Below, piece by piece: positions 1 to 10,922 of a stretch of 64,000 bases of DNA. Origin of the DNA: Luteimonas sp. (GTDB lineage Bacteria > Pseudomonadota > Gammaproteobacteria > Xanthomonadales > Xanthomonadaceae); contig JAKFFJ010000016.1 of NCBI GenBank assembly GCA_036675265.1, forward strand, positions 125-64,124, written 5' to 3'. Positions within the stretch are counted from its first letter, which is position 1; the number at the start of each line of letters is the position of its first letter. A program made the position numbers and the translations under genes. The notes beneath the pieces were generated by a model. That model saw only the letters and a program-made list of their open reading frames with translations, did no database searches and was not told where the DNA came from.

Positions 1-239
1 GGTTGTTGCTGATGCAGAAGCCGGCATTCTCCCGGCCCGCCAGGATCCGGGTGCCGGGAAACCGCCTTCGGATCCGTTCGAGCGAGCCGTCCGTGGAGGC
101 ATCGTCGTGGACAAGCACCTCGAACGGGAACGGGACCTGCTGCGCGAATACGGAAGCGAGGCAGTCCAGCACGAACGTGCCGCCGTTGTAGTTGGCGATG
201 CAGACGCTGACCTCGACACCGGCGCGTGGTTCGCTCATG
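1..239 (-). CDS. Glycosyltransferase family 2, N-terminal part (gene continues beyond the window start)
   Basis: Reverse translation from ATG at 239 gives MSEPRAGVEVSVCIANYNGGTFVLDCLASVFAQQ...VLVHDDASTDGS. This is the typical GT2 N-terminus with the DDxS motif. The start overlaps the upstream stop by 4 nt (ATGA). Confidence 0.7.
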
Positions 240-1362
240 TCGACGCCCGCTGTCGCGTGATGCGATTCAGGAGCGGCAGCAGGCGCTCCGCGATGACGCT
301 CGTGGAGAACCTGGCCGCGTGGAGCTGCTGCCCGCATCGCCCGATCGCGGCCAGTTCGGCAGGGTGCGCGTGGCCCCAGCGGATCGCGGCGGCGAGCTGG
401 CCGGCGTCGCCCTGGTCGACAAGCAGGCAGTTCACCTTGTCGATGAAACCCAGGTCCTCATCGATGCGCCCGACCACCGTGGGCCGGCCCCACGCCAGGC
501 ACTGCGATGTCTTGCCGGTGACCACGCGGCGCGCCTGCGGCGTGTCGCCGAAGGGCCCGCCCAGGCACAGGTCCGCGCGCGGGATCTCGTACCGGAGCAA
601 CTGGTCGAAGGGCACCCATGCGCGATGACGATACCGCCGGATGCCCTGGGCCGCACACAAGGCGTGGAGCTGCCGCGCCTGCGCGGGGCTCCCGCCAATG
701 AAGTCGAACTCGACCGCCAGGTCCCCGACCCGCGCCGCTGCGTCGACGATCGTGTCGATGCCGTGCAGCGGGAGGAACGATCCGTAGAACAGCACCCGGA
801 ACGCGGGCCGGTGCGACCCGTTGACCTGGGCCGGGACCGGCGCAGGGGCCTCGTCCCTGGGCGCGTCCTCGACCGCGCCGACTGGCAGGACCAGGAGCTT
901 CCCTGCCGGGATCCCGAAACACTGCTCGAAGTAGTCCGCATGCAACCGGGTATCGGTCAGCACGGCGTCGGCGGCCCGCAGGATGGCCGTTTCGTAGCGG
1001 TGCCAGAGCGGCGCCACCAGTCGGCCCGGCATCCCGAGCTTGCCCTCCTCGGCCATCGCCGCGTAGGGCGACATCAGCGCGTCGATCACCAACGGCCGGC
1101 GCCGGGTGAGCCACCGGACGAGCCAGGCGAGCTCGTGACCGCGGAAGCCCAGGACGTAGACGTCGGGATCGAATTGCCGGCGGGCATGCAGCAGCGCGCG
1201 CAGGGTTTCCCAATAGCGGCGGAGGCCGCGGGAGCGGTTGACCGCGAGGACGAGGTCGACGTCTCCGCATTCGGCGAGTGCCTTCCGAAGGGTGCGCCCG
1301 CGGATGTAGCCAGGATCCCGGTAGGCCTGGACGTAACAAACGCGCCGTCTCCGCTCGTTCAC
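235..1362 (-). CDS. Glycosyltransferase, GT-B fold (family 1/4-like)
   Basis: 375-aa ORF. Length and C-terminal half (FLPLHGIDTIVDAA, GGPFGDT, VVTGKTSQCLAWGRPTV) look like group 1 glycosyltransferases. GTG start overlaps the upstream stop (GTGA). Confidence 0.7.
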   Translation of the reverse strand: MNERRRRVCYVQAYRDPGYIRGRTLRKALAECGDVDLVLAVNRSRGLRRYWETLRALLHARRQFDPDVYVLGFRGHELAWLVRWLTRRRPLVIDALMSPYAAMAEEGKLGMPGRLVAPLWHRYETAILRAADAVLTDTRLHADYFEQCFGIPAGKLLVLPVGAVEDAPRDEAPAPVPAQVNGSHRPAFRVLFYGSFLPLHGIDTIVDAAARVGDLAVEFDFIGGSPAQARQLHALCAAQGIRRYRHRAWVPFDQLLRYEIPRADLCLGGPFGDTPQARRVVTGKTSQCLAWGRPTVVGRIDEDLGFIDKVNCLLVDQGDAGQLAAAIRWGHAHPAELAAIGRCGQQLHAARFSTSVIAERLLPLLNRITRQRAST

Positions 1363-3329
1363 TGCGCCACCGGCTCCCTGCGGCGGTCGATTTCCGCGCG
1401 GTACTCCCGCACCAGCCGCTTCCCTTCCGCGTCCTCCGCGGGAACCATCGCTTCGACCGATTCGAGGAGGGCGCCGGCGGCGGCAGTGTCACCACGCTGC
1501 AACAGCAGCGCGGCCGCGAGCAAGCCGGCGGGTGGCCCGCCCGCGCCGTCGGCCCAGGCCTGCCTGGCCTGTTCGAGCGCCCGGGCGTCCCGACCGGCCG
1601 CCATCTCGAGCTTCGCGGCCTTGAGCCTGAGCCGCCAGATCGCCATGTGCCCGGGCGCCAGGGCGGTGCGGTCGAGCATCGCGTCGAGCGACTCGGCGGC
1701 GACGGCGGGCGGCAGGCCGTCGCAGGGTTTGCGAAGCAGTCCTTCCAACAGCGCCTCGAACGCCACGAGGAGGTCGGCCTCGATCGGCTCGGGCCTTCCC
1801 GAAAACGCGGCTGCCCGAGTGTCCTCCGCGGCGGTGCCGCCGCTGCTGCAGGTGATCATCAGGCCAAGCACGGTGCCCAGGCGCCGTGTGCTCGGGTCGG
1901 TGGACGCCGACAACCGCGCCGCGTGGCCGCGGGCCTCCTCGAGGGCGGGCGGGGTGCCTGCCATGGCTTGCTGGATGAGGGTGACCCGCAGCCAGCGCGA
2001 CTCCGGGTGGTATCGCAGTGCCTGCGCGGTCAGCGTTGCCTGCGACTGCCACGCGCGCGCGCGCGCTGCCGTGGCGACCGCGAGCGCGGCGACCAGCGCC
2101 ACGGCCGCCACGGTGAACACCCTGGGTGCGGCGTCCATGCGCGGCTGCAGGCGCGCGCCGCCCCAGGCCAGCAGGCTCAGCAGCGCCCAGGCCGCGCCGA
2201 CGGCCGGCAGGTAGACGCGGTGTTCGAAGTAGAGCAGCAGCGGGAACACGGACGACTCGAAGGCCTGTCCCACCAGGTAGATGCCAAGGCCCAGCAGGAG
2301 CCCGGGGACTGCCCGGCGCCACCGCCATGCGAGGGCCAGCACCGCGCCCCAGCCGGCAAACGCGAGGGCCGTCGTGGCCGGGTCGAGGAAGCCGCGCGAG
2401 ACCGGGAAGTCGTCGTGGTACAGGCCCATCCTCGGGCCGTGCGGCAGCACGAGCGCGCCGATGTAGTCCCAAAGGACGCGCGCCTGCGTCATCAGGCGTT
2501 CGTCCAGGGAGAACGGGCGGTTTTCGTAGCCGCCGGTGACGAGGGGATGGCCAGCGACGGTCAATGCAAGCGCCGCGAGGGCAGGCAGCAGCAGGAACAG
2601 CCCGATGACCGCGCGGGACGCCCAGTGGCGAGGGCGCCCGGCGGCCGGCGCGAACACGCACCACTCGATCACTGCGCACAGCGCGGGGGCGAGGGCGCCG
2701 TTCTCCTTCGACAACGTTCCAGCGAGGGTACACGCCGCCGCCAGCGCGAACAGGCCGGCCGCCTTGCGCGTGCGCCCGGCCTCCAGTGCGATCCGCCCGT
2801 GGACATAGGCGACCAGCGACAGGAGGACGAACAATGCAGCCAGCATCGCCATGCGCTGGATGACGTACAGGACGGTGCTCGCCAGCAGTGGATGCAGCAG
2901 CCAGAGGCTGGCGCCCAGCAGCGGAAGCCACCGGTTGTCGACACCGCGGACGAGCGCCTGTTTTCGCGAGAGGATGGAAAACAGCGCGAACACCGCGATG
3001 CCGTTGGCCAGGTGCAGCAGCAGGTTGCCCAACTTCAGCCCCCAGACATCCGGCCCGGTCGCCGCGACGTTGAGGACGAAGCTCGCCATCGAGACGGGGC
3101 GCCCGAACCAGCCCGAGTCGTTGCCGAACACCACGGAGCGCCAGTGGCGTTCGCCCCGGATCCACTCCGAGACGGGGACGAGGTTCTGGACGTCGTCGAA
3201 GACGAGCGGGCCGCCGAGCCCGACCCAGTAGCAGGCCGCGGTGACGAGCAGGACGGCGGCGAAGGCGAGTCTCGGGCCCAACCGGATTCTCCAAAAAAAG
3301 AACCCCGGCGATGAAGCCGGGGTCCTCAT
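1359..3329 (-). CDS. Polytopic membrane GT-C type glycosyltransferase with C-terminal TPR-like region (PMT/TMTC-like)
   Basis: 656 aa. About 10 hydrophobic segments in the N-terminal 430 aa. An FDD motif sits in the first loop, followed by HPLLASTVLYVIQRMAMLAALF and LSKENG motifs resembling the PMT_2/TMTC family. The C-terminal region is Ala/Leu-rich and helical-repeat-like. Lies directly downstream of pilA. Confidence 0.6.
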   Translation of the reverse strand: MRTPASSPGFFFWRIRLGPRLAFAAVLLVTAACYWVGLGGPLVFDDVQNLVPVSEWIRGERHWRSVVFGNDSGWFGRPVSMASFVLNVAATGPDVWGLKLGNLLLHLANGIAVFALFSILSRKQALVRGVDNRWLPLLGASLWLLHPLLASTVLYVIQRMAMLAALFVLLSLVAYVHGRIALEAGRTRKAAGLFALAAACTLAGTLSKENGALAPALCAVIEWCVFAPAAGRPRHWASRAVIGLFLLLPALAALALTVAGHPLVTGGYENRPFSLDERLMTQARVLWDYIGALVLPHGPRMGLYHDDFPVSRGFLDPATTALAFAGWGAVLALAWRWRRAVPGLLLGLGIYLVGQAFESSVFPLLLYFEHRVYLPAVGAAWALLSLLAWGGARLQPRMDAAPRVFTVAAVALVAALAVATAARARAWQSQATLTAQALRYHPESRWLRVTLIQQAMAGTPPALEEARGHAARLSASTDPSTRRLGTVLGLMITCSSGGTAAEDTRAAAFSGRPEPIEADLLVAFEALLEGLLRKPCDGLPPAVAAESLDAMLDRTALAPGHMAIWRLRLKAAKLEMAAGRDARALEQARQAWADGAGGPPAGLLAAALLLQRGDTAAAGALLESVEAMVPAEDAEGKRLVREYRAEIDRRREPVAQ

Positions 3330-3355
3330 GACACGGAACTACCGCCTTCGGTGGA

Positions 3356-3784
3356 TCAACGGCACTGCGACGGCAGGTACTTCTCGGGAATCGTCGACGC
3401 TTCGCACGACCAGGTGAGCTGGCCGGACGTGCCGATTTCCGTCGGGGTCAGGACCAGGTTGCCGGTGGTGCCCGTCAGCGAGGTGACCGCCGCGGTCACG
3501 ACGCCGTCGGTGACGGTGATGGCCGAGACGTAGCTGGTCGCGCCCGGGAACGAGTAGCCCGAAGCCGTGCCATCGATGTCGGTGAGCGCGCCGCCATTCG
3601 AGGACAGGGTCTCGGCCACCGCGAGCTTTGCCGGCGCGGCGAGCTGCATCGCTTCCGAAACCTTCGCGCGGACGGTGTAGTCCTGGTAGGCCGGGATGGC
3701 GATCGCCATCAGGATGCCGAGGATCGCGATGACGATCATCAGTTCGATCAGGGTGAAGCCTTGCTGCATCTTCTTGGTGTTCAT
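3356..3784 (-). CDS. pilA: Type IV major pilin PilA (type IVa)
   Basis: [36 protein letters not shown] is the class III signal peptide with the G/F cleavage site and Glu5. A C-terminal Cys pair is present (WSC...SQCR). RBS GGGGAG lies 7 nt upstream. The internal ATG at 3784 is preferred over the ORF-track start at 3937. Confidence 0.93.
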   Translation of the reverse strand: MNTKKMQQGFTLIELMIVIAILGILMAIAIPAYQDYTVRAKVSEAMQLAAPAKLAVAETLSSNGGALTDIDGTASGYSFPGATSYVSAITVTDGVVTAAVTSLTGTTGNLVLTPTEIGTSGQLTWSCEASTIPEKYLPSQCR

Positions 3785-3884
3785 GGAATTCTCCCCTCGG
3801 AGGTTGGTTGCTTCACGTGCCTGGCGAGGCCGGACTTCCGGTCCGTCGGCAGCCGTGCGTCGGTGCACGTGCAGCCAAAGCATA

Positions 3885-3900
3885 CGCAGAATCCATGCCA
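3885..3900 (-). promoter_or_regulatory. Candidate sigma54 (RpoN) promoter of pilA
   Basis: The minus strand reads TGGCATGGATTCTGCG. GG and GC have the canonical 12-nt register of TGGCAC-N5-TTGCW. It lies about 100 nt upstream of the pilA ATG. pilA is RpoN/PilR-dependent in characterised relatives. Confidence 0.45.
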
Positions 3901-4007
3901 GTAAAGCCCTCGCGCGGGGCAATGTCGGCAATTGCAAAGGCGGTCACGATCGGCGATCGGAAGTGCGGTCCCAAAGCGGACGCACCGGGTCAGTTCCGGG
4001 TCCGAAG

Positions 4008-4022
4008 TGACAAAAATTGTCA
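4008..4022. promoter_or_regulatory. Palindrome TGACA-N5-TGTCA, candidate PilR enhancer (UAS)
   Basis: Perfect 5+5 inverted repeat centred about 116 bp upstream of the -24 element. It contains the TGTC core reported for PilR sites. It overlaps the pilR stop codon. Confidence 0.25.
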
Positions 4023-5423
4023 GTCGATCCCAAGCTTCTTGAGCTTGTAGCGCAGTGCCCTGAAGGTGATCCCGAGTTGCGCGGCTGCCTTCGTCTTGTT
4101 GTAGCGATTGTCCTCGAGGGCCTGCTGGATGGCCGCGCGCTCGATTTCCTCGATGTAGGTGGGCAGCGCGCTGCTGGTGCTTTCGCGGGCGTCGGCCGAC
4201 CGCGGGTCCTTCGGCGATGGCGGGGCCGCCGGATCCTGCGCCGTGCCGGAAACCGCAAGGCGCGGCTCCGGCAACCTCAGGTCATCGGCACTGATGCGGT
4301 CGCCATCGGCCAGCGCGAGTGCGCGTTCGAGGATGTTCTCGAGCTCGCGCACGTTGCCGGGGAACGGATACGCGCGCAGGGCGGCGAGTGCGTCTTCGCC
4401 GAGCGTGGGCGGCGCGCGGTCGTGCGCCGATGCCAGGCGCTGCAGCACCGACGCCGCCAGGACGGGCAGGTCGCCGCCGCGCTCGCGCAACGGCGGCACC
4501 CGCAACTCGATCACGTTGATCCGGTAGTAGAGGTCGTGCCGAAACGTTCCTTCCGCCACCAGCGCAGCCAGGTCCTTGTGCGTCGCCGAAAGAATGCGGA
4601 CGTCGACCGGCACCTCGGTACTGGCGCCCACCGGGCGTACCGATTTCTCCTGGATCGCGCGGAGCAGCTTCACCTGCATCGGCAACGGGAGTTCGGCGAC
4701 CTCGTCCAGGAACAGCGTGCCACCGTCGGCCGCCTGGAACAGGCCGGCCTTGTCGGCGTGCGCACCCGTGAAGCTGCCCTTGCGGTGCCCGAAGAACTCG
4801 CTCTCCATCAGTTCGGTCGGGATCGCGCCGCAGTTCACCGGCACGAACGGACCGGCGGCCCGCGCACCGTCGGCATGGATGGTGCGCGCGACGAGTTCCT
4901 TGCCCACGCCCGATTCGCCGGCGATGTAGACCGGCGCCTGGCTGCGGGCGACCTTGGCCACCGTGGCCCGCAATTCGACGATGGCCGGGGAGTCGCCCTG
5001 CAGGCGGCTGGCCGCGGTGGCGGGAACGCCCGTCCCGGCGGCCTTGTCCGGCTGGCTGAGCTGCAGTGCATGCCCCACCAGCCCGCGCAGCACCGGCAGG
5101 TCGACGGGCTTGGCCACGAAGTCGAACGCGCCCGCCTTCAATGCCTCGACCGCGGCCTCGACGTTGCCGAACGCGGTGATCATCGCGACCGGCGTGTCCG
5201 GATGGTCGCGCGCGATGTCCGAGATCAGGGAGATGCCGGAGCCATCGGGCAACCGCATGTCGGTCAGGCACAGGTCGTAACGGCCCTGCGCGAGCAGCGC
5301 GCGGGCGTCGGACAGGCTCGCCGCGGTGTCCACGCGCAGGCCCATCCGGCCCAGCGTCAACACCAGCAGTTCGCGGATGTCGCGCTCGTCGTCGACGACC
5401 AGTGCGCTGCGCGTATCGGTCAT
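4020..5423 (-). CDS. pilR: Sigma54-dependent response regulator PilR
   Basis: 467 aa. Receiver domain (VVDDERDIRELL...DMRLPDGSG), AAA+ sigma54 activator domain (GESGVGKELVARTIH, GAFTGA-like, ESEFFGH) and C-terminal Fis-type HTH. Adjacent to pilS and pilA. Confidence 0.93.
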   Translation of the reverse strand: MTDTRSALVVDDERDIRELLVLTLGRMGLRVDTAASLSDARALLAQGRYDLCLTDMRLPDGSGISLISDIARDHPDTPVAMITAFGNVEAAVEALKAGAFDFVAKPVDLPVLRGLVGHALQLSQPDKAAGTGVPATAASRLQGDSPAIVELRATVAKVARSQAPVYIAGESGVGKELVARTIHADGARAAGPFVPVNCGAIPTELMESEFFGHRKGSFTGAHADKAGLFQAADGGTLFLDEVAELPLPMQVKLLRAIQEKSVRPVGASTEVPVDVRILSATHKDLAALVAEGTFRHDLYYRINVIELRVPPLRERGGDLPVLAASVLQRLASAHDRAPPTLGEDALAALRAYPFPGNVRELENILERALALADGDRISADDLRLPEPRLAVSGTAQDPAAPPSPKDPRSADARESTSSALPTYIEEIERAAIQQALEDNRYNKTKAAAQLGITFRALRYKLKKLGID

Positions 5424-5499
5424 GGAATCCCCTCCGCCGCCACCTTAGCGGAACGCGCGCGCGGCCGGCAAAGCGTGACGCGGGTCCGGGGGGGGTCGG

Positions 5500-7101
5500 T
5501 CAGTCCGGCAGCAACGAGTGCGGGCCTGGCAGCCGGACGCGGAAGCAGGCGCCCCCGCCGGGCAGCGGCACATGGTCGAGCGTCGCCTGGTTGGCCCGGC
5601 ACAGCTCCCGCGCGATGTACAGCCCGAGCCCGGTGCCGTGGCTGGAGGTGGTGAAGAACGGCCGGAACAACTGCGCCGCCACCGTGTCGGGGATGCCCGG
5701 CCCGCGGTCGGTGACTTCGATGATCGGCGCGCCACCGGCATCGGCGTGGACATTGACGGCCACCCGCGCCGGCTCGCCTGGCATGCGTCCGTACACCAGT
5801 GCGTTGTGCACCAGCGTCGTCAGCACCTGGTGGAGCTGGCGGGGGTCGGCGAGGGCGGGCAGCGACCCGGACCCGCAGCGCAGTTCCAATGTGTCCTGCT
5901 CGAGTGGGTGCCCGGCGCGGTAGTCGTCGACGAAGTGGCGGGCGAACGCCGCCAACTCCACGTGTTCCGGATGCGCGCGCTCGCGCCTCGCCAGTCCCAG
6001 CACGTTCTCGACGATGCCGTTCATGCGCTGGCACTGCTGCTGCACGATCTGCACCAGGCGACGGTCCGCCTCGCCCAACGGCGCGGACTCGTCCAGCAGC
6101 TGCACCGCGTAGTTGATGGCCGCCAGCGGGTTGCGGATCTCGTGCGCGAGGCTGGCCGAGAAGCGTCCCAGGGTGGCGAGCGTGATCGATTCCGCGCGCC
6201 GCGACACCAGCGAGATGTCGTCGAGGAACACCAGGGCGTGTTCGCTGTCGGCCAGCAGCCGGGTGAAGCGCGGCACCACTTCGGGCAGGTCCGCGGCAAA
6301 GCGCAGGGGCGCGTCGTCGGCCACGCCGTCGCTGCGCCAGCGCTCGAGGCGGCTCGCGAGCTCAGGCGCGACCAGCGCCAGGTTGCGCTGGCTGTCGCTG
6401 GTCTCGCCCAGCAGGACGACCGCCGCCTCGTTGGCCAGGCGGATGTCGTTGCTGCCATCGACGAGCAGCACGCCGGTGCGCAGGCGGCGCAGGATCAGCT
6501 CGCTGATTTCCGCCAGGTTGGCCGCCTCCACGCCCCGGCGCTGGGCGAGCGCCTGGGTGGCGCGCAACTGGCGGCCCAGCAGGTTGGTCAGGGTGGCGAT
6601 GGCCAGGAAGCTGACGGCGAACATCAGGACCTCGGCCAGGGGCCGGCCGGTACCGCCGTCCGACAGCGCGCTCCAGGTCGATTCGCCGATCAGCGCCGCC
6701 GCGGCCACGGCGCCGGTGGCCAGGCCCATGCGCAGGGGCAGCAGCAATGCCGCGGCACCGATGTTGAACAGGAGCATCAGCGCGATGCCGGCGCCGGACG
6801 CGGGCAGGGCATGCATCGCCAGCGTGGCCGCGATCACGTCGATGGAGATGCCGAGCAAGGCCTCGTTGCGCAATTCACGGCGGCGGCCACGCAGCAGCAA
6901 CACGAGCGATGCCGCCAGGTAGGCGATCGCCACGGCCTGGCCGAGCACGGGATGCCGGGGCACCGCGATCAGCGCTGTCTCGGGCCCGAACAGCACCAGG
7001 GCCAGCAGCGCCGCCTCCAGCACCCGGTAGAGGGTGAAGAAGTACAGCTCGCGGCGCAGCGCGCTTTCGGCGTCGAGGGCGTCGGTGTTCGGGTGCGTCA
7101 C
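5500..7101 (-). CDS. pilS: Sensor histidine kinase PilS
   Basis: 533 aa. N-terminal multi-TM region, H-box [13 protein letters not shown] and an HATPase region (DRGPGI, GTGLGL). Lies directly upstream of pilR. Confidence 0.87.
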   Translation of the reverse strand: MTHPNTDALDAESALRRELYFFTLYRVLEAALLALVLFGPETALIAVPRHPVLGQAVAIAYLAASLVLLLRGRRRELRNEALLGISIDVIAATLAMHALPASGAGIALMLLFNIGAAALLLPLRMGLATGAVAAAALIGESTWSALSDGGTGRPLAEVLMFAVSFLAIATLTNLLGRQLRATQALAQRRGVEAANLAEISELILRRLRTGVLLVDGSNDIRLANEAAVVLLGETSDSQRNLALVAPELASRLERWRSDGVADDAPLRFAADLPEVVPRFTRLLADSEHALVFLDDISLVSRRAESITLATLGRFSASLAHEIRNPLAAINYAVQLLDESAPLGEADRRLVQIVQQQCQRMNGIVENVLGLARRERAHPEHVELAAFARHFVDDYRAGHPLEQDTLELRCGSGSLPALADPRQLHQVLTTLVHNALVYGRMPGEPARVAVNVHADAGGAPIIEVTDRGPGIPDTVAAQLFRPFFTTSSHGTGLGLYIARELCRANQATLDHVPLPGGGACFRVRLPGPHSLLPD

Positions 7102-7160
7102 GGCCGGGAGTATGCCCGGCAGGCGCTACAATGGCCGGTCCCCCAGGTACCGGTTGATCC

Positions 7161-8324
7161 ATGAACTTCCACGAATACCAGGCCAAGCAGCTCTTCGCCG
7201 ACTACGGCATCGCCGTCCCCGCGGGCCGCATCGCCCGCACCGCCGAGGAGGCCGTCGACGCAGCCAAGGCCATCGGCGGCGACTTCTGGGTCGTCAAGGC
7301 GCAGATCCACGCGGGCGGCCGCGGCAAGGCGGGCGGCGTCAAGTTGTGCAAGACCCTGGACCAGGTGCGCGAGCATGCCAAGGCCATGATCGGCACGAAG
7401 ATGGAGACCTACCAGTCGGCCGGCGTGGCATTGCCGGTGGACACGGTGCTGGTCACCCAGGCCACCGACATCGCCAAGGAGCTGTACCTGTCGCTGCTGG
7501 TCGATCGCGGCGCCCAGGCGATCACCTTCATCGCCTCGGCCGAGGGCGGCGTGGACATCGAACAGGTGGCCGAGGAGAACCCCGACGCGATCCACCAGGT
7601 CGTCGTGAACTACGTGCAGGACCTGCAGCCCTACCAGTGCCGCGAGCTCGGGTTCGCGCTCGGCCTGTCGTCCAAGCAGGTCAGCCAGCTCACGAAGATC
7701 ATGCTGGGGCTGTACAAGCTGTTCAACGAGAAGGACCTGGCGCTGGTCGAGCTGAACCCGCTGGCGATCCTGAAGTCCGGCGACCTGGCGGTGCTCGACG
7801 GCAAGGTCAACTCCGACGACAACGCGACCTTCCGCCATCCCGACCTGGCCGCCATGCGCGACATCCGCCAGGAGGACGAGACCGAGGTCCTGGCCAGCCA
7901 GCACGACCTCAACTACGTGACCATGGACGGCAACATCGGCTGCATGGTCAACGGCGCAGGCCTGGCGATGGCGACGATGGACGTCATCAAGCTCAATGGC
8001 GGCGAGCCGGCCAACTTCCTGGACGTGGGCGGCGGGGCCAACAAGGAGCGCGTCACGGAGGCGTTCAAGCTGATCCTGCGAGACCCCGACGTGAAGGCGA
8101 TCTTCGTCAACATCTTCGGCGGCATCGTGCGCTGCGACATGATCGCCGAGGGCATCATCGCCGCGGTCAAGGAAGTGGACGTCAAGGTGCCGGTGATCGT
8201 GCGGCTGGAAGGCACCAACGTCGAGGAAGGCAAGGCGCTGCTGCGCGAGTCCGGCCTGGCGATCACGCCGGCCGACGACATCAACGACGGCGCGAAGAAG
8301 GCCGTCGCCGCTGCCGCCGCCTGA
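7161..8324 (+). CDS. sucC: Succinyl-CoA synthetase beta subunit
   Basis: [17 protein letters not shown]...; 387 aa, full-length match to the SucC pattern. Confidence 0.97.
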   Translation: MNFHEYQAKQLFADYGIAVPAGRIARTAEEAVDAAKAIGGDFWVVKAQIHAGGRGKAGGVKLCKTLDQVREHAKAMIGTKMETYQSAGVALPVDTVLVTQATDIAKELYLSLLVDRGAQAITFIASAEGGVDIEQVAEENPDAIHQVVVNYVQDLQPYQCRELGFALGLSSKQVSQLTKIMLGLYKLFNEKDLALVELNPLAILKSGDLAVLDGKVNSDDNATFRHPDLAAMRDIRQEDETEVLASQHDLNYVTMDGNIGCMVNGAGLAMATMDVIKLNGGEPANFLDVGGGANKERVTEAFKLILRDPDVKAIFVNIFGGIVRCDMIAEGIIAAVKEVDVKVPVIVRLEGTNVEEGKALLRESGLAITPADDINDGAKKAVAAAAA

Positions 8325-8347
8325 CCCCGGACAAGGAACGAATCGAA

Positions 8348-9220
8348 ATGAGCGTCTTGATCAACAAGCACACCAAGGTCATCGTCCAGGGCTTCACCGG
8401 CACCCAGGGCACGTTCCACGCCGAGCAGATGCTCGAGTACGGCACCAAGGTCGTCGGTGGCGTCACCCCGGGCAAGGGCGGCAGCGAGCACCTCGGCCTG
8501 CCGGTGTTCAACACCGTGGCGGACGCGGTCGAGGAAACCGGCGCCGACGCCTCGGTCATCTACGTGCCGCCGCCGTTCGCGGCCGACGCGATCCTGGAGG
8601 CGGCCGACGCCGGCATCCGCGTCATCGTGTGCATCACCGAGGGCATCCCGGTGCTGGACATGCTGCGCGTCAAGAACACGATTGCCGGCATGGACGTCGT
8701 CCTCGTCGGCCCGAACTGCCCCGGCGTGATCACCCCGGGCGAATGCAAGATCGGCATCATGCCGGGCCACATCCACAAGCCGGGCAGCATCGGCATCGTG
8801 TCGCGCTCGGGCACGCTGACCTACGAGGCGGTCAAGCAGACCACCGACGTGGGCCTGGGCCAGTCCACCTGCATCGGCATCGGCGGCGATCCGATCAACG
8901 GGACGAGCTTCATCGACGCGCTGCGCTGGTTCCAGGACGACCCGCAGACCAAAGGCATCATCATGGTCGGCGAGATCGGCGGCAGCGCCGAGGAAGAGGC
9001 CGCCGAGTTCGTCGCCGAGCACGTGACCAAGCCGGTGGTCGGCTTCATCGCCGGTGCCAGCGCCCCGAAGGGCAAGCGCATGGGCCACGCCGGCGCGATC
9101 GCCTCGGGCGGCTCCGGTACCGCCGAGGGCAAGTTCGCCGCGATGGAGAAGGCGGGCATCACCACCGTCAAGTCGCCGGGCGACCTTGGCGCCGCCATCG
9201 CGAAGCGGCTGGCAGGGTAG
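8348..9220 (+). CDS. sucD: Succinyl-CoA synthetase alpha subunit
   Basis: [27 protein letters not shown]...; contains the SRSGTLTYE and MGHAGAI motifs. 290 aa. In-frame ATG within the long ORF 7034..9220. Confidence 0.97.
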   Translation: MSVLINKHTKVIVQGFTGTQGTFHAEQMLEYGTKVVGGVTPGKGGSEHLGLPVFNTVADAVEETGADASVIYVPPPFAADAILEAADAGIRVIVCITEGIPVLDMLRVKNTIAGMDVVLVGPNCPGVITPGECKIGIMPGHIHKPGSIGIVSRSGTLTYEAVKQTTDVGLGQSTCIGIGGDPINGTSFIDALRWFQDDPQTKGIIMVGEIGGSAEEEAAEFVAEHVTKPVVGFIAGASAPKGKRMGHAGAIASGGSGTAEGKFAAMEKAGITTVKSPGDLGAAIAKRLAG

Positions 9221-9252
9221 GCCCCCACCAGGCGGACGAGGACGGGCAAGCC

Positions 9253-10881
9253 ATGACGTTGCGCATCGCGCTTGCCCAGTTCGACTTCCCGGTCGGTGAC
9301 GTCGCCGGCAACGCCGACCGGATCGTCGAGCTCATCGAGGAAGCGCGCGACGAGTGGGAGGCCGACCTCGTCCTGTTCCCCGAGCTGGCGCTCAGTGGCT
9401 ATCCGCCCGAGGACCTGCTCCTGCGGCCGGGGTTCCTCGGCGATTGCCACCGGGAGATGGCGCGGCTGGCGGCCGCCGCGACCGGCATCACCGCGATCGT
9501 GGGTTGGCCCGAGTCGGTCGGGCCCATCGTCTACAACGCCGCCAGCATCCTGCGCGAAGGCCGCATCGAGCAGACCTACCGCAAGCGCGAGCTGCCCAAC
9601 TACGCGGTCTTCGACGAGCGGCGCTACTTCGTGGTCGACCCGGACGGTGGCGACTGCGTGTTCGAACTCGACGGCCTGGCCCTCGGCCTGCTGATCTGCG
9701 AGGACATGTGGTTCGCCGAGCCGCTGCATTCGACCATCGAGGCCGGCGCGCAACTGGTCCTGTCGATCAATGCCTCGCCGTTCGAGCGCGACAAGCACGC
9801 GCGCCGCGATGCGCTGCTGGAGGACGCGACCCGTCGCTTCGGCGTGCCGATCGCCTACGTGAACTGCGTCGGCGGACAGGACGCGGTGGTGTTCGACGGC
9901 GGCTCCCTGGTCGCCGAGGGCGACGGGACCGTGCGCCCGGCCGCGGCCGCCTTCACCGAGCAGATGCTGGTGGTCGACTTCGACCCGGACACGCGTGGCT
10001 TCCGGTCAGTGCAGTGGATGGAGGACGGGGACGAGAGCCGCGACGCGCTGGCGTGGCGCGCCGTGGTACGCGGCACCCGCGACTACTGCCGCAAGAACGG
10101 CTTCAAGCGCGTGTGGCTGGGCCTGTCCGGCGGACTGGATTCGGCGGTCGTGCTCGCGATCGCGGTCGACGCGCTCGGCGCGGAGAACGTCACCGCCGTC
10201 CGCATGCCGTCGCGCTACACGGCAGGCCTGTCGAACGACCTGGCCGCCGCACAGTGCGCCGAGCAGGGCGTGGAGCTGCTGACGCTGCCGATCGAGCAGC
10301 CATTCGAGGGATACCTCGCGGCGCTGGCGGACGTGTTCGCGGGGCACCCTGTCGACACGACCGAGGAGAACCTGCAGGCGCGCACCCGCGGCGCACTGCT
10401 GATGGCCTTGAGCAACAAGTTCGGCGGGATGCTGCTGACGACCGGCAACAAGAGCGAGTACGCGGTCGGCTACGCCACCATCTACGGGGACATGTGCGGC
10501 GGCTATGCCCCGCTGAAGGACCTGTACAAGACCGAGGTGTACGAACTGGCGCGCTGGCGCAACACGGTCGGCGATCCCGTGATCCCGGTGGGCGTCATCG
10601 AGCGCCCGCCCTCGGCCGAGTTGCGGCCGGACCAGAAGGACCAGGACTCACTGCCGCCGTACGACGTGCTGGACGCGATCCTGGCGCGCTACATCGACCA
10701 GGAGCAGTCCGGCGACGAGATCGCCGCGGCGGGGTTCGACGAGGCAACCGTCGCGCGCATCCTGCAGCTGGTGCGCACCAGCGAGTGGAAGCGGCACCAG
10801 GCCGCGCCGGGGCCGAAGGTGTCGCGGCGCGCCTTCGGGCGCGAACGGCGCTACCCGATCACCAACGCATACAGGGGATAG
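9253..10881 (+). CDS. nadE: Glutamine-dependent NAD+ synthetase
   Basis: N-terminal CN-hydrolase domain ([32 protein letters not shown]) plus a C-terminal NAD synthase domain ([10 protein letters not shown]). 542 aa. Confidence 0.93.
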   Translation: MTLRIALAQFDFPVGDVAGNADRIVELIEEARDEWEADLVLFPELALSGYPPEDLLLRPGFLGDCHREMARLAAAATGITAIVGWPESVGPIVYNAASILREGRIEQTYRKRELPNYAVFDERRYFVVDPDGGDCVFELDGLALGLLICEDMWFAEPLHSTIEAGAQLVLSINASPFERDKHARRDALLEDATRRFGVPIAYVNCVGGQDAVVFDGGSLVAEGDGTVRPAAAAFTEQMLVVDFDPDTRGFRSVQWMEDGDESRDALAWRAVVRGTRDYCRKNGFKRVWLGLSGGLDSAVVLAIAVDALGAENVTAVRMPSRYTAGLSNDLAAAQCAEQGVELLTLPIEQPFEGYLAALADVFAGHPVDTTEENLQARTRGALLMALSNKFGGMLLTTGNKSEYAVGYATIYGDMCGGYAPLKDLYKTEVYELARWRNTVGDPVIPVGVIERPPSAELRPDQKDQDSLPPYDVLDAILARYIDQEQSGDEIAAAGFDEATVARILQLVRTSEWKRHQAAPGPKVSRRAFGRERRYPITNAYRG

Positions 10882-10922
10882 GCGAAAAGCTTCGCCGCCG
10901 TGGCGGCTCCCGCAGATCGGCG

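Noticed and set aside
3806-3822. Second sigma54-like sequence: the minus strand reads AGGCACGTGAAGCAACC, close to the pilA RBS
   Set aside because: The GG to GC spacing is two nt too short for the -24/-12 register, and it would leave almost no leader.
3785-3937. Upstream extension of pilA to the ORF-track start at 3937 (193 aa)
   Set aside because: Type IVa prepilins have short leader peptides ending in G immediately before FTLIELM. The ATG at 3784 gives the leader MNTKKMQQG with a good RBS. The extension would also swallow the promoter region.
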